DNA of 61,504 nt, taken from NCBI GenBank assembly GCA_947258615.1, contig CAMYIX010000075.1:1-61504 (forward strand), written 5' to 3'. The notes under the pieces are model-generated. The model saw only the letters and a list, made by a program, of their open reading frames with translations. It searched no databases and was not told the DNA's origin. The position numbers and the translations under genes are program-made. Shown piece after piece: positions 20,043-33,964 of the stretch (the first letter of the stretch is position 1; the number at the start of each line of letters is the position of its first letter). This stretch comes from an uncultured Ectothiorhodospiraceae bacterium. GTDB lineage: Bacteria > Pseudomonadota > Gammaproteobacteria > UBA9214.

Positions 20043-20957
20043 TCAGTTATTGATGTATTTGCCGGGATTAACCGTTTTGCCGTTGAGCAGGACCTCGAAA
20101 TGGACATGCGGTCCGGTGGATCGCCCAGTGGAACCCATCAAGGCGATCAATTGCCCCTTCTTGACTGTCTCACCTACCTCGACCACCGACTCCTTGTTAT
20201 GACCGTAGCGGGTAACGTAGCCATCGCCATGGGTGATCTCGACCATTTTGCCGTAGCCGGACCGCTTGCCTGCCCAGCTAACCACGCCATCACCGACGGC
20301 CACCACGTCAGAACCCTCCTTGCCGGCAAAGTCGACACCCTTGTGATGCTCCTGCTTGCCGGTGAAGGGGTCCGTACGCTTGCCGTACTTCGACGACAGC
20401 CAGCCTGTCTCGACCGGTCTGCCGGAAGGCATGACACGTTCACGCCGATTCCTGTCCCTGAGCAGGCTCTCCAGCACGGTAAGCTTGTGCTCGCGGTCAT
20501 CGAGTTCGACCATCAGCCCGCTCAGCATACCCATGAAGTCGCTCAGTTCGGTTGACTCCAGCCCGGCCACATCCTGCGGACCACCGATGGCCGGCGGACT
20601 GTCGAAATCGAATTCACCCGCGGCGAAATCGCCCTGCTGGACCAGCCGCTCACCGAGTGCATTCAGGCGCAGCATCTGGGCCTGCATCTGACCGATCCGC
20701 AATGTCAGTGCATCGAGGTTGGCCTGGGCCTCATCACGGGCCTCTGCGATCTCCTCCTGTTGTGACCGTACGACCCCCTGCCACTCTTCCACGTATAATA
20801 GCTCGTCCCCGCCCAGGCGGAACCCGGTATAGGCGGCAAACCCGCAGACCAGCGCAAGGCCGGCCAGGCCGGCCACACCGACGCGGACCAGGTCAAAATC
20901 GAAGCTCCAGACCTGTCCGCGTTTGTTAGTAAACAGTATGATGTTCATATTCTTCAT
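20043..20957 (-). CDS. M23-family peptidoglycan DD-metalloendopeptidase
   Basis: 304 aa with an N-terminal TM segment and a coiled coil. The C-terminal LytM domain reads HKGVDFAGKEGSDVVAVGDGVV...VEITHGDGYVTRYGHN...GSTGRSTGPHVHFEV. Confidence 0.85.
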   Translation of the reverse strand: MKNMNIILFTNKRGQVWSFDFDLVRVGVAGLAGLALVCGFAAYTGFRLGGDELLYVEEWQGVVRSQQEEIAEARDEAQANLDALTLRIGQMQAQMLRLNALGERLVQQGDFAAGEFDFDSPPAIGGPQDVAGLESTELSDFMGMLSGLMVELDDREHKLTVLESLLRDRNRRERVMPSGRPVETGWLSSKYGKRTDPFTGKQEHHKGVDFAGKEGSDVVAVGDGVVSWAGKRSGYGKMVEITHGDGYVTRYGHNKESVVEVGETVKKGQLIALMGSTGRSTGPHVHFEVLLNGKTVNPGKYINN

Positions 20958-20991
20958 ATAACGGCTATTTCACCATTTTCCTGAATCAGTC

Positions 20992-21450
20992 ATGCGTTCA
21001 AGTGCCCCTTCACGAATCGGCAACCTGCTCGGCAGGAGCGCGGCATCCCGACTGCTGGCACAGGCCCGGGCGTTCAAGGAACTGGACGCGCTGCTGGAAC
21101 GTCTCATTCCCCCGCCCCTCAACGACCACAGCCGGGTCTTGTCACTGCGGGACGCCACCCTGGTGCTGGCTGCCGACTCTCCCGTATGGGCCGCACGCCT
21201 GCGCTTCCATACCCCCCAGCTAGTAAAACAGCTTCGCAACAACCCGGCCGTGAGGGTGCGCACAGTTCAGGTGCGCGTTCGACCGCCGCAGTCCCCGCCG
21301 GCAGCCAGGATCAGCCTGCCAGCACCCCGTCAACTGTCAGCCAGAAACGTCAACACCCTGCAACAGACCGCGCGCAGCGTATCCGACCCCGGACTCAGGG
21401 CGGCATTAATGAGACTCGCCAGTCGCAGAAAATATCCCGGTCAGGAATGA
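20992..21450 (+). CDS. DUF721 (DciA-like) protein
   Basis: 152 aa, ...VLSLRDATLVLAADSPVWAARLRFHTPQLVKQL.... It occupies the conserved position between lpxC and the secA-side M23 peptidase gene. Confidence 0.7.
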   Translation: MRSSAPSRIGNLLGRSAASRLLAQARAFKELDALLERLIPPPLNDHSRVLSLRDATLVLAADSPVWAARLRFHTPQLVKQLRNNPAVRVRTVQVRVRPPQSPPAARISLPAPRQLSARNVNTLQQTARSVSDPGLRAALMRLASRRKYPGQE

Positions 21451-21484
21451 ACAGGACCGGGACGGCCTGTATTAAGGGATCCGC

Positions 21485-22396
21485 TCAGCCGACCGGAACC
21501 GGCTGAATGAATGAAATCGGGGCCTCGTTGACATCATCAAATGTCACTTGCTCCCAGGCCGATTCATCCTGCATCAGGGTGCGCAGCAATTTATTGTTGA
21601 GCGCATGCCCCGATTTGTAGCCATTGAATGCACCAATCAGGCTGTGGCCAAGCAGGTAGAGGTCACCAATCGCATCCAGAATCTTGTGCTTGACGAATTC
21701 ATCACGATATCGCAATCCGTCTTCATTCAGCACCCGGTAGTCGTCCAGCACGATGGCATTATCCAGACTGCCGCCCAGGGCCAGCTGGCGCGCACGCAAC
21801 TGTTCGATTTCACGCATAAAACCGAAGGTGCGTGCGCGACTGACCTCCTTGACGAACGAGGTCGTCGAGAAATCGATCTCGGAGTGCTGGGTATCCGTTT
21901 TGAATACCGGGTGGTTGAATTCTATGGTGAAACCGACCTTGAACCCGTCAAACGGCTCGAACCGGGCAATCTTGTCACCATCCTCGACCTGGACGGGACG
22001 CTTGATCCGGATAAACCGCTTGGGGGCATCCTGCTCTTCAATACCGGCCGACTGGATCAGAAACACAAACGGACCGGCACTGCCATCCATGATCGGTACC
22101 TCCGGCGCACTCAGGTCGACATAGGCATTATCGATCCCCAACCCGGCCATCGCGGACAGCAGATGCTCCACCGTGGAAATGCGGACGTCCCCGCTCACCA
22201 GGGTGGTGGACAGGCGCGTATCTCCGACGTTTTCGGGGCTGGCCTTGATCTGAACGGGTTCGCCCAGATCGACGCGACAGAACACGATACCGGTGTCTAC
22301 CGGCGCGGGTCGCAGGGTGAGGTAGATCTTTTCACCGGTGTGCAGACCCACACCGGTCGCGCGTATGACGTTTTTGAGTGTACGTTGCCGGATCAT
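21485..22396 (-). CDS. lpxC: UDP-3-O-acyl-N-acetylglucosamine deacetylase
   Basis: 303 aa, [39 protein letters not shown]...STVEHLLSA... Confidence 0.95.
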   Translation of the reverse strand: MIRQRTLKNVIRATGVGLHTGEKIYLTLRPAPVDTGIVFCRVDLGEPVQIKASPENVGDTRLSTTLVSGDVRISTVEHLLSAMAGLGIDNAYVDLSAPEVPIMDGSAGPFVFLIQSAGIEEQDAPKRFIRIKRPVQVEDGDKIARFEPFDGFKVGFTIEFNHPVFKTDTQHSEIDFSTTSFVKEVSRARTFGFMREIEQLRARQLALGGSLDNAIVLDDYRVLNEDGLRYRDEFVKHKILDAIGDLYLLGHSLIGAFNGYKSGHALNNKLLRTLMQDESAWEQVTFDDVNEAPISFIQPVPVG

Positions 22397-22631
22397 GGCA
22401 TAATTATCCCTTGGTTAAGGCTGCCTTCTTACTCTGACAAGTACCAGAAAAGCCGACGCGATGTTAGCACAGCCGCACCACCCTGCCTAGAAATGCGTCA
22501 CATTCGGCCCCCTTGGCGTCAATCCAATGGCATTGATATCTATTGGTTTAATCCTTACATAAACTCTGCCTATGACTGTAATGGTTAACCTGGCCGGCAC
22601 GCCGGCCAGTACCATGCCACCCCGCCCGGGC

Positions 22632-23777
22632 TCAGTCGGCTTGGCGCCGCAGGAAAGCGGGGATATCGAGGTAAGCGAGGTCCTCCGCCTGGTTGCCGGC
22701 GGCCGGGATCTTGCGTGGCTGCTGGCGGATCACCGTGGGCTTGTCCAGCTTGTTGTAGTCCACTTCCCCGTTCTTGGTCTTTTGCACCAGTGACACCGCC
22801 TTCTCGGTAGGTTTGGCGCCCTGCTCACCCAGGCCGGTCGCCACCACCGTCACCCGCAACTCATCACGCATATCCGGATCGATGACGGTACCCACGACCA
22901 CCGTGGCATTCTCGGAGGCGAATTCCTTCACCGTATTGCCGACCTCCTCGAATTCACCGATCCCCAGGTCCATGCCGGCCGTGACATTGACCAGGATGCC
23001 GTGGGCCCCCATCAGGTTAATGTCCTCCAGCAGCGGGCTCGCAATCGCCGCCTCGGCCGCCTCGCGGGCACGCTCCTCGCCCTTGGCCGAGCCGGAGCCC
23101 ATCATGGCCATACCCATCTCGGACATCACGGTGCGCACGTCCGCGAAGTCGACATTGATCAGCCCGGGCCGGGTGATCAGCTCCGCGATGCCCTGGACGG
23201 CACCCAGCAGCACATCGTTGGCCGACTTGAAGGCATCGAGCAGACTGATCTGCTTGCCGAGCACCGACAGCAGCTTCTCGTTCGGTATGGTAATCAGCGA
23301 GTCCACATACTGACCCAGTTCCTTGATACCGTTATGGGCCACATGCAGGCGCTTGCTGCCCTCGAACGGAAACGGCTTGGTGACCACGGCCACGGTGAGA
23401 ATACCCAGCTCCTTGGCGACCTGGGCCACTACCGGCGCCGCACCGGTACCGGTCCCGCCGCCCATACCGGCCGTAATGAACAGCATGTCGCTGCCCTCGA
23501 TGACCTCTTGAATCCGGTCACGGTCATCGTGCGCGGCCTGGCGACCCACGTCCGGGTTCGCCCCCGCACCCAGCCCCTTGGTGATGGCACCGCCAATCTG
23601 CAGGGTGGTGCGCGCCGACATATTCTTCAATGCCTGTGCGTCCGTGTTTGCACAGACAAAATCCACGCCATCGATGTTTGCCTCCACCATATGCTGCACC
23701 GCGTTACCGCCGCCGCCCCCGACACCGATTACCTTTATTACCGCGTTCTGTCCGCATGAATCCAGCAATTCAAACAT
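22632..23777 (-). CDS. ftsZ: Cell division GTPase FtsZ
   Basis: Starts at the ATG at 23777 (MFELLD...). It has [14 protein letters not shown] and the tubulin signature [13 protein letters not shown]. The C-terminal peptide is [11 protein letters not shown]. Confidence 0.95.
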   Translation of the reverse strand: MFELLDSCGQNAVIKVIGVGGGGGNAVQHMVEANIDGVDFVCANTDAQALKNMSARTTLQIGGAITKGLGAGANPDVGRQAAHDDRDRIQEVIEGSDMLFITAGMGGGTGTGAAPVVAQVAKELGILTVAVVTKPFPFEGSKRLHVAHNGIKELGQYVDSLITIPNEKLLSVLGKQISLLDAFKSANDVLLGAVQGIAELITRPGLINVDFADVRTVMSEMGMAMMGSGSAKGEERAREAAEAAIASPLLEDINLMGAHGILVNVTAGMDLGIGEFEEVGNTVKEFASENATVVVGTVIDPDMRDELRVTVVATGLGEQGAKPTEKAVSLVQKTKNGEVDYNKLDKPTVIRQQPRKIPAAGNQAEDLAYLDIPAFLRRQAD

Positions 23778-23879
23778 GATGTCTCTCCTTTTCAAAAAAA
23801 CGTGAAAAAAATAAATTTACAATTGCAGCCCGCATCAAATATCCGCCAACGTCATCTCACCCATCACCCCTTTACCCCC

Positions 23880-25115
23880 TCAGAAGTTCCCCTGAAACCA
23901 GCCCTTCATCCTGTCCCACACACCACGCAAACCCTTGCCCAGACCGGCATCCAGCGCACGCTGGTCACGATTGTGATGTCCAAACAGCAACAGGCCGACA
24001 CCGGTCGCGAAGATCGGGTTACGCACCACATCCACCAGGCCGGTCACATACTGGGGCACACCCAGCCGCACCGGCATGTGAAACACCTCCTCGGCGAGTT
24101 CGACCAGGCCCTCGATCTTGGAACTGCCGCCGGTCAGCACGATGCCGGCGGCCACCAGGTCCTCGAAGCCGCTGCGCCGCAGTTCCGCCTGCACCAGCGA
24201 CAGCAATTCCTCATAGCGTGGTTCCACGACCTCGGCCAGGGTGTGGCGCGCCAGGCGTCGTGGCGGCCGGTCACCGACACTCGGGACCTCGATGCTCTCG
24301 TCGGCACTGGCCATCTGGGTCAGCGCACAGGCGTACTTGATCTTGATCTCCTCGGCGAACTGGGTGGGCGTGCGCAGGGCAACCGCGATGTCATTGGTGA
24401 CCTGGTCGCCGGCAATCGGGATGACCGCGGTATGGCGGATGGCCCCCTCCGTGAACACGGCAATATCGGTGGTGCCGCCACCGATATCCACCATGCAGAT
24501 GCCCAGTTCCTTTTCGTCCTCGGTCAGGGCCGAATAGCTCGATGCCAGCTGCTCCAGGATGATGTCGTCGACCTCGAGCCCGCAGCGGCGCACGCACTTG
24601 ATGATGTTCTGGGCGGCACTGACCGCCCCGGTAACCATGTGCACCTTGGCCTCCAGCCGCACCCCGGACATACCCACCGGCTCGCGTATCCCTTCCTGGT
24701 TATCGATCAGGAATTCCTGCGGCAGGATGTGCAGGATCTTCTGGTCCGCAGGGATGGCCACGGCGCGCGCGGCATCGATCACCCGCTCCACGTCACCCGC
24801 GGTCACCTCCTTGTCCTTGATCGCGACGATGCCGTGTGAATTCAGGCTGCGGATATGACTGCCGGCGATACCGGCATACACCGAGTGAATCTGGCAGCCG
24901 GCCATCAACTCGGCCTCCTCGATGGCGCGCTGAATCGAGTGCACCGTGGACTCGATATTGACGACTACCCCCTTCTTCAGACCGCGCGATGGATGCGACC
25001 CGATACCGATCACCTCGATCGAGCCTTCCGGGGTGATCTCCCCCACGATGGCAACCACCTTGGAGGTCCCGATATCGAGGCCCACGATCAGGTTCTTTTC
25101 ACTCTTCTTTGGCAT
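23880..25115 (-). CDS. ftsA: Cell division protein FtsA
   Basis: Starts at the ATG at 25115 (MPKKSEKNLIVGLDIGTSKV...), with ...VDIGGGTTDIAVF... It belongs to the actin-like ATPase family. Confidence 0.95.
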   Translation of the reverse strand: MPKKSEKNLIVGLDIGTSKVVAIVGEITPEGSIEVIGIGSHPSRGLKKGVVVNIESTVHSIQRAIEEAELMAGCQIHSVYAGIAGSHIRSLNSHGIVAIKDKEVTAGDVERVIDAARAVAIPADQKILHILPQEFLIDNQEGIREPVGMSGVRLEAKVHMVTGAVSAAQNIIKCVRRCGLEVDDIILEQLASSYSALTEDEKELGICMVDIGGGTTDIAVFTEGAIRHTAVIPIAGDQVTNDIAVALRTPTQFAEEIKIKYACALTQMASADESIEVPSVGDRPPRRLARHTLAEVVEPRYEELLSLVQAELRRSGFEDLVAAGIVLTGGSSKIEGLVELAEEVFHMPVRLGVPQYVTGLVDVVRNPIFATGVGLLLFGHHNRDQRALDAGLGKGLRGVWDRMKGWFQGNF

Positions 25116-25119
25116 CTGC

Positions 25120-25885
25120 CTAACCCTTGCCCTCATCCGTAACTGTCGATGCCTGCTGCCAGTCGACCGAAAACCCGTTGCTGTATCTCAGGTCAACGCG
25201 CCGCAGCTCATCGATGCGGGCCGCGAACACTTCCCGGTAGCTCTGCACGAAACGCTGCAGGCGCCGGTAGGTATGCGTGCGCCCGAGTTCCAGACTCACC
25301 CCGTTGGCCAGTTCCACGTGCCAGGCGCGGCGCTGGTCCAGCGCGACGCGGGTGACCTGCATGTCCAGCGCGGCCAGCGTCTTGGCCATGGACCGGTACT
25401 GCTCCAGCACGGCCTGCTCGTGGCCCGCCGGGCCGGACAGGCGCACCAGGCCGCTCAGGCCGGGCGTCTCACCGGGAACAAACGGTTCACCGTAGCGGTT
25501 CAGGAAACCGGCCTCACCCCAGCGGGCTATCGGCTGCTGCTCCTCGATGGTCACGCTCAGGATATCCGGCCAGACCCGCTGGACCCGCGCCTGATAAACC
25601 CAGGGCAGGCCCTCGATTACGCCCCGGATACCTGCAACATCGACACCGAAGAAACCGCCCTGGATGTGCGGGGCCAGGCTCTGCTGCAGCGGTGCCTTTT
25701 GCAGGTGGCGCAGTTCACCTTCGATCTCCACCACCCGCAGCGGGAAGCGGTAGGGGTCCTGCAGCCACTCCACGCCCTGCATGACCGAGACCACCAGTAA
25801 CGCCAGCAACAATAGGCCGGTCAGGGAGTGAAAATGCGCCTGCACGAAGGCCGCCAGGGCCTGCTGCAAGGTCAGGCGCCCGGGC

Positions 25886-25893
<8 letters not shown>
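25120..25893 (-). CDS. ftsQ: Cell division protein FtsQ
   Basis: Starts at the ATG at 25893, overlapping the ddl stop. It has a TM segment (LTGLLLLALLVVSVM) followed by POTRA (FPLRVVEIEGELRHL...). Confidence 0.85.
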
Positions 25894-27671
<1,778 letters not shown>

Positions 27672-27680
27672 CGACCTGAA

Positions 27681-29129
27681 TCAGTCATCACTTCCCCCCG
27701 CCACCTGCAGCTCATCCGCCAGCCGGGCCGCAATGGTGCCGATATCCCCGGCACCCAGCGTCAGCAGTACATCACCGTCCTGAAGGATGTCCTGCAACAC
27801 CTGCGGCAGGTCGCCGATGCATTCCACGAATACCGGGTCGATCATCCCGCGCGCACGAATGCCGCGACACAGGGCGCGTCCGTCCGCGCCGGTGATGGGC
27901 GCCTCGCCGGCCGCATACACCTCGCCGAGCACCAGCACGTCCGCCTCGGACAACACCTGGGTGAAATCATCGAACAGGTCGCGGGTGCGGCTATAGCGGT
28001 GCGGCTGGAAAGCCACCACCAGGCGCCGCCCCGGCCAGCCGGCGCGCACCGCGGCCAGCGTCGGCGCGATCTCGCGCGGGTGATGGGCATAATCATCGAT
28101 CAGCAACACGCTACCGGCAGGGCAGGCCACCTCCCCGGCAACCTGGAAGCGCCGGCCGATGCCCTGGAAATGGGCCAGGCCCTGCTGGATGGTGGCGTCG
28201 GACACGCCCAGTTCGGAAGCCACTGCAATCGCGGCCAGCGCATTCAGGACGTTGTGACGACCCGGGAGGTTGAGGACCACCGCGAGGTCGTCGTGCCCGG
28301 AACGCTGAACTGTGAAATGGGTCTGCATGCTGCGCTGCTGCAGGTTGGTGGCCTGTACATCGACATCCGCACCAAACCCGTAGGTGATCACCGGCCGGGT
28401 GACCTCCTCGAGGATGCTGCGCACCTCGGGATCATCCAGACACAGCACCGCCAGACCATAGAACGGCAGGTGATGCAGGAATTCGATGAAGGTCTGGCGC
28501 AGGCGTTCGAAATCACCCTCGTAGGTCGCCAGGTGATCGGCGTCGATATTGGTCACCACGGCCATCGAGGGCTGCAGGTACAGGAACGAGGCATCGCTCT
28601 CATCCGCCTCGGCCACCAGGTAGTGACCGTCACCCAGCCGGGCATGGCTGTCGGCACTGTTGAGCTGGCCGCCGATCACGAAGGTCGGATCGAGTCCGCC
28701 CTCGGCCAGCAGGCTGGTGATCAGGCTGGTGGTGGTGGTCTTGCCGTGGGTGCCGGCCACGCCGATCCCGTAACGGAAGCGCATCAGTTCGGCGAGCATC
28801 TCGGCGCGCGGCACCACCGGCAGGCGCAACTTGCGGGCCGTGACCACCTCGGGGTTGTCGGCGACGATGGCCGAAGACACCACCACGGCATCACAATCGG
28901 CCACGTGGCCGGCATCGTGACCGATCCAGACCTGCACGCCCAGCCGGGCCAGGCGCCGGGTGACCGCGTTCTCGCGCAGGTCGGAACCGCTCACCGCGTA
29001 GCCGAGGTTGTGCAGCACCTCGGCAATACCGCCCATGCCGGCGCCGCCGGCACCGACGAAATGGATGCGCCGCACCCGGCCCATGCCCTGCGGCTGCGCG
29101 GCGGCAGTGGGACGTGCCGGCGTACTCAT
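27681..29129 (-). CDS. murC: UDP-N-acetylmuramate--L-alanine ligase
   Basis: The ATG at 29129 forms an ATGA overlap with the murG stop. The sequence reads ...[19 protein letters not shown]...[16 protein letters not shown]... Confidence 0.9.
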   Translation of the reverse strand: MSTPARPTAAAQPQGMGRVRRIHFVGAGGAGMGGIAEVLHNLGYAVSGSDLRENAVTRRLARLGVQVWIGHDAGHVADCDAVVVSSAIVADNPEVVTARKLRLPVVPRAEMLAELMRFRYGIGVAGTHGKTTTTSLITSLLAEGGLDPTFVIGGQLNSADSHARLGDGHYLVAEADESDASFLYLQPSMAVVTNIDADHLATYEGDFERLRQTFIEFLHHLPFYGLAVLCLDDPEVRSILEEVTRPVITYGFGADVDVQATNLQQRSMQTHFTVQRSGHDDLAVVLNLPGRHNVLNALAAIAVASELGVSDATIQQGLAHFQGIGRRFQVAGEVACPAGSVLLIDDYAHHPREIAPTLAAVRAGWPGRRLVVAFQPHRYSRTRDLFDDFTQVLSEADVLVLGEVYAAGEAPITGADGRALCRGIRARGMIDPVFVECIGDLPQVLQDILQDGDVLLTLGAGDIGTIAARLADELQVAGGSDD

Positions 29130-30256
29130 GCCGCACCTCCCGCTGATCCCGGCTGCGGCGCCTGACCGGCCGCCTGCAGGCAAAATCCCGCCACCCGGCG
29201 GGCCGCGTCCGGCCGTGCAAGTTCACGCGCCCGCGAGGCCATCTCCAGCAGGGCATGCCGGTCGGCGGCGTAAGCGGCCAACCGTTCGGCCAGGCGTTCC
29301 TCGGTCAGTTCCGGCTGCGGCACCAGCACGGCCGCCCCGGCGGCGGCCAGGTAGCCGGCATTGCCGGTCTGGTGGTCGTCGGTGGCATAGGGGAACGGCA
29401 CCAGGATCGACGCCACGCCGGCGGCACACAGTTCTGCCACGGTCAGGGCGCCGGCACGGCACACCACCAGGTCCGCCCAGGCGTAGGCGGCAGCCATGTC
29501 CTCGACGAAGGCCTCCACCCGCGCCGTGCAGTCGAGTTCCCGGTAACGCGCGCGCACACCGGCCTCGTCCGCCGCACCGGTCTGGTGATGAATCTGCGGG
29601 CGCGCCGCCAGCGGGAGACGGGCCACGGCCTGCGGGACCACCTGGTTCAAGGCCTGCGCACCCAGGCTGCCGCCGATGACCAGCAGGTGCAGGGCGCCGG
29701 TATGTCCTGGCAGGCGCCGGGCCGGGTCCGGCACGGCACTGATCGTGGCGCGCACCGGGTTGCCGGTATGCACCGCATGGCGTGCGGCCGGCAGGCTGCC
29801 GGGAAAGGCCTCCAGCACATGGCGCGCCAGCGGCGCCAGCAGGCGGTTGGTCAGACCGGCCACCGAGTTCTGTTCGTGGATCACCAGCGGACAGCGCAGC
29901 AGCCAGGCAGCCAGGCCGCCCGGGCCGGAAACGAAGCCACCCATACCCAGGACCGCCATGGGGCGCAGGCGCAGGAAGATGACCACGGACTGGAGCACGG
30001 CAAAGGCCAGCATGAACGGTGCGATCAGCAGGCGCAGCAGACCCTTGCCGCGCAGGCCGGAGACCCGGATCGATGACAGCGCATAACCGGCCGCCGGGAC
30101 CACCCTGGCCTCCAGTCCGCGCCGGGTACCCAGCCAGGAGACCGGCACGCCCCGGGTTGAGAGTTCTGCGGCCACCGCCAGCGCCGGGAACACATGGCCG
30201 CCGGTGCCGCCCGCCATGATCAGCACCGGTCGCCTATTGGCCGCGGCCGGGATCAT
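29126..30256 (-). CDS. murG: Undecaprenyldiphospho-muramoylpentapeptide beta-N-acetylglucosaminyltransferase
   Basis: The ATG at 30256 forms an ATGA overlap with the ftsW stop. The sequence reads [29 protein letters not shown]... Confidence 0.9.
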   Translation of the reverse strand: MIPAAANRRPVLIMAGGTGGHVFPALAVAAELSTRGVPVSWLGTRRGLEARVVPAAGYALSSIRVSGLRGKGLLRLLIAPFMLAFAVLQSVVIFLRLRPMAVLGMGGFVSGPGGLAAWLLRCPLVIHEQNSVAGLTNRLLAPLARHVLEAFPGSLPAARHAVHTGNPVRATISAVPDPARRLPGHTGALHLLVIGGSLGAQALNQVVPQAVARLPLAARPQIHHQTGAADEAGVRARYRELDCTARVEAFVEDMAAAYAWADLVVCRAGALTVAELCAAGVASILVPFPYATDDHQTGNAGYLAAAGAAVLVPQPELTEERLAERLAAYAADRHALLEMASRARELARPDAARRVAGFCLQAAGQAPQPGSAGGAA

Positions 30257-31464
30257 GTGCGTCGCCCCCGCTGGCGTGCCGGTGCCGTGCCGCTGGCGGA
30301 CAGGCCGTTGACGGTGCAGCGGGTCTCGTAGTCGACCCGCAGCAGCAGGGCAACCGCGACACACATCACCACCATGCTGGAACCGCCATAGCTCATAAGC
30401 GGCAATGTCAGTCCCTTGGTGGGCAACAGGCCCATGTTGACGCCCATGTTGATAAAGCTCTGCAGGCCGAACCAGATACCGATGCCGTAGGCCAGCAGGG
30501 CGGCAAAGGCATTGCCGGCCTTCTCCGCCTGCGCGGCAATGGCGAGGGCGCGCCACACCAACACTACATACAGCGCGATCACTATGAGTACGCCCAGCAG
30601 GCCGATCTCCTCCGCCAGTACCGCGAACACAAAGTCGGTGTGCGCCTCCGGCAGGTAGAACAGCTTCTGGATACTGGCACCGAGGCCGACGCCGAACCAT
30701 TCACCGCGCCCGATGGCGATCAATGACTGGGTCAGCTGGAAGCCGCTGTTGAACGGGTCCGCCCAGGGATTCAGGAAGGTGGTGAGGCGTTCCATGCGAT
30801 ATGGCGAAGACACCGCCAGGCCGGCCAGCGCCAGGCCGGCCAGGCCGAGCACGCCGCTGAACTGCAGCAGGCGTACCCCGGCGATGAAGATCATGCCCAT
30901 GGCGGTGGCGACCAGCACAACGGTGGCACCGAAGTCCGGCTCGAGCAGCAACAGCAGCGAGGCCAGCAGCAACAGACCCAGTGGCTTGATGAAACCGGAG
31001 ATACGCATGCGCACCTCCTCGCCGTGACGCGCCAGGTAGCTTGCCAGGTAGATCAGGATCATCAGCTTGGCCGGTTCGGAAACCTGCAGGCGGAACAGGC
31101 CTGTGTTGATCCAGCGCACGCTGCCGTTGACCTCGTGACCAATGCCGGGGACGAGCACGGCGACCAGCAACGCCAGTCCGCCCACCAGCAGCGCCAGGCT
31201 GCCCTGCTGCAGCCACCCCAGTTGCAAACGGTACACGCCCACTCCGATCAGGGTGCCCAGGCAGATATAGATACCCTGGCGGATGGCATAGTAAAACGGT
31301 TGCCCCAGTTCACGGTCGGCCAGGGTGATCGATGCCGAGGCCACCATGACCAGCCCCAGCGCCGTCAGGGTCAGGACACTGCCGAGCAGCCAGTAATCCA
31401 GGCGCGGTATACGCACGGCACTGGCGCCGTTTACGCTGGCCTGGCGTGCAGCAGCGGTGGTCAT
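30253..31464 (-). CDS. ftsW: Peptidoglycan glycosyltransferase FtsW (SEDS family)
   Basis: 403 aa polytopic membrane protein, ...LQVSEPAKL...LPEAHTDFVFAVLAEE...PTKGLTLPLMSYGGSS... Confidence 0.9.
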   Translation of the reverse strand: MTTAAARQASVNGASAVRIPRLDYWLLGSVLTLTALGLVMVASASITLADRELGQPFYYAIRQGIYICLGTLIGVGVYRLQLGWLQQGSLALLVGGLALLVAVLVPGIGHEVNGSVRWINTGLFRLQVSEPAKLMILIYLASYLARHGEEVRMRISGFIKPLGLLLLASLLLLLEPDFGATVVLVATAMGMIFIAGVRLLQFSGVLGLAGLALAGLAVSSPYRMERLTTFLNPWADPFNSGFQLTQSLIAIGRGEWFGVGLGASIQKLFYLPEAHTDFVFAVLAEEIGLLGVLIVIALYVVLVWRALAIAAQAEKAGNAFAALLAYGIGIWFGLQSFINMGVNMGLLPTKGLTLPLMSYGGSSMVVMCVAVALLLRVDYETRCTVNGLSASGTAPARQRGRRT

Positions 31465-32828
31465 GCGGTCTGCCCCCGCACTGCCCTGATGAAGACGTCA
31501 CCACGCTCCTCGAAGTTGCGGTACATATCGGTACTGGCGCACGCCGGGGACAACAGCACGCTGTCACCGGGCTGCGCCAGGCCCGCGGCCAGCGCCACGG
31601 CCTGCGCCATGTCCGTGGCCAGCGTGACCGGCACATGGTCCTGCAGGACGACCTGTAGCCGCGCGGCATCCTTGCCGATCAGCACGGCCGCGCGACCCTT
31701 GGCCTGCAGGGCCGCTGCCAGCGGCCCCAGGTCGGCCCCCTTGGAATCGCCGCCGGCGATCAGCACAACCGGGCCCTCCGCACTGTCGATGGCGGCCAGC
31801 GTGGCGCCCACGTTGGTGCCTTTGGAATCGTTGTACCAGCGCACGCCGTTCTGCTCTGCGACCAGCTGCATGCGGTGCGGCAACCCGCGGAACTCGTTGA
31901 CCGCCTCGATCATGGCATCCTCCGCCAGGCCGACGGCATCACCCAGGGCCAGGGCGGCCAGCACATTCACCACGTTGTGGCGGCCCGCCATGCGGATGGC
32001 CGATACCGGTATGATGCGTTCACCGCCCCGCGCCAGCCACGGCATCCCCTGGTAATCGCGTACACCGAACTCACCGGCGGCCGGTTCGCCGAGGGTAAAG
32101 CGCAGCAAGCGCCGACCGGTATCAGCCAGCCCAGAGGCCAGCGGGTCATCCGCGTTCACCACTTGTACAGCCGCGTTGCGATAAACAGTCTGTTTGGCTT
32201 CTGAATAGGCCTCAAGGTCGGAGTAACGGTCCATGTGGTCGGCACTGATATTGAGCACCACCGCTGCCGCGGGCCTGAGCGAGTGCGTGGTCTCCAGCTG
32301 AAAACTGGAAAGCTCGAGCACATACAGGTCAGGCTCGCCGTCCGTGACCAGGTCGAGTGCCGGCACACCGATATTGCCACCGGTGCGCACCTGCTTGCCG
32401 GCACGTTGCGCCATCACGCTCAGCAAGGTCGTCACTGTGCTCTTTCCGTTGGAACCGGTAATGGCCACAACCGGGGCGCGGGCGACCCGGGCAAACAGTT
32501 CGATGTCGCCAATGACCGGCACACCGCGCGCAGCGGCTGCGGCAATCGGCGCTTCCTTTATCGACACGCCCGGGCTGACAACAATGCATTCGGCCCGCGC
32601 AAAGGCCTGCTCATCGAAGCCGCCCAGGAACAGGGCAACATCGACCGGCAACTCCTTGCGCAGTTCCTCCAGACCGGGCGGCTGGGCGCGACTGTCGACG
32701 ACGGCCACCGGCACCTGCTGGCGCGACAGATAACGCGCCACCGACAGGCCGGTCTTGCCAAGCCCGACCACCAGCGTCCTGCACGCATTGTCGATCATGT
32801 CTTCCATTATCGAAACCGTAACTGCCAT
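31461..32828 (-). CDS. murD: UDP-N-acetylmuramoylalanine--D-glutamate ligase
   Basis: 455 aa, ...LVVGLGKTGLS...[12 protein letters not shown]...NDSKGTN... Confidence 0.9.
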   Translation of the reverse strand: MAVTVSIMEDMIDNACRTLVVGLGKTGLSVARYLSRQQVPVAVVDSRAQPPGLEELRKELPVDVALFLGGFDEQAFARAECIVVSPGVSIKEAPIAAAAARGVPVIGDIELFARVARAPVVAITGSNGKSTVTTLLSVMAQRAGKQVRTGGNIGVPALDLVTDGEPDLYVLELSSFQLETTHSLRPAAAVVLNISADHMDRYSDLEAYSEAKQTVYRNAAVQVVNADDPLASGLADTGRRLLRFTLGEPAAGEFGVRDYQGMPWLARGGERIIPVSAIRMAGRHNVVNVLAALALGDAVGLAEDAMIEAVNEFRGLPHRMQLVAEQNGVRWYNDSKGTNVGATLAAIDSAEGPVVLIAGGDSKGADLGPLAAALQAKGRAAVLIGKDAARLQVVLQDHVPVTLATDMAQAVALAAGLAQPGDSVLLSPACASTDMYRNFEERGDVFIRAVRGQTA

Positions 32829-32879
32829 CGATTCCCCGAACCGCCCCCGTTAACTATCCGCCGCTGTGCGCACCGGCGC

Positions 32880-33962
32880 TCAACGTATTTTCAGTGTCGC
32901 CAGCCCCACCAGCACCAGGATCACCGTAATGATCCAGAAGCGCACAATGACCCTGGGCTCGGGCCATCCCTTCAACTCAAAATGGTGATGCAGGGGTGCC
33001 ATGCGGAATATCCGCCGCCCGGTCAGCTTGTACGAGGCCACCTGCAGGATGACCGACACGGTCTCCATCACGAAGACACCGCCCATGACCAGGAACACCA
33101 GCTCCTGGCGCACCAGCACGGCGACGATACCCAGCGCCGCGCCCAGGGCCAGTGCGCCAACGTCGCCCATGAAGACCATGGCGGGATAGGCGTTGAACCA
33201 GAGGAAGCCGAGCCCGGCACCGACCAGGGCCCCGCAAAAAACCACCACCTCGCCGGCGTCGCGGATGTAAGGGATACCCAGGTAAACGGCGAACTTCACA
33301 TTGCCGGTGGCATAGGCAAAGATCCCCAGGGCGCCGGCAATCAGCACGGTCGGTAGTATTGCCAGGCCGTCCAGACCGTCGGTCAGGTTCACGGCATTGC
33401 TTGAACCGACGATCACGAAGTAGGTCAGCACGACATACAGCCAGCCCAGGTTGATGGCGACCTCCTTGAAGAAGGGCACGATCAGGGTGGTCTCGGCCGG
33501 CGTCACGGCCGTCATGTAGAGGAACAGCGCCACCCCGAGTCCGACCAGCGACTGCCAGAACATCTTCACCCGGGCCGGCAGGCCGGCGGAATTCTTCAGC
33601 ACCAGCTTGCGGTAGTCATCGACCCAACCGATGCCGCCGAACATCAGGGTGACCAGCAGCACCACCCAGACATAGCGATTTGACAGGTCCGCCCACAGCA
33701 GGGTGGCGATGGCCACGGCAACCAGGATCAGCGCCCCGCCCATGGTCGGCGTACCGGCCTTGACCAGGTGCGATTCCGGCCCGTCGTCACGCACCGTCTG
33801 GCCGATCTGGTAATGACCGAGGCGACGGATCATTTCCGGACCCACGACGAAGGAAATCAACAGGGCCGTCAGCACCCCGAAGATGGCGCGCAGAGTCAGG
33901 TACTGGAAGACATTGAAGCCGCTGTGATACTGGCTCAGATATTCCGTAAGGTATACCAGCAT
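32880..33962 (-). CDS. mraY: Phospho-N-acetylmuramoyl-pentapeptide transferase
   Basis: 360 aa, [27 protein letters not shown]...KAGTPTMGG...[13 protein letters not shown]...HHHFE... Confidence 0.95.
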   Translation of the reverse strand: MLVYLTEYLSQYHSGFNVFQYLTLRAIFGVLTALLISFVVGPEMIRRLGHYQIGQTVRDDGPESHLVKAGTPTMGGALILVAVAIATLLWADLSNRYVWVVLLVTLMFGGIGWVDDYRKLVLKNSAGLPARVKMFWQSLVGLGVALFLYMTAVTPAETTLIVPFFKEVAINLGWLYVVLTYFVIVGSSNAVNLTDGLDGLAILPTVLIAGALGIFAYATGNVKFAVYLGIPYIRDAGEVVVFCGALVGAGLGFLWFNAYPAMVFMGDVGALALGAALGIVAVLVRQELVFLVMGGVFVMETVSVILQVASYKLTGRRIFRMAPLHHHFELKGWPEPRVIVRFWIITVILVLVGLATLKIR

Positions 33963-33964
33963 GA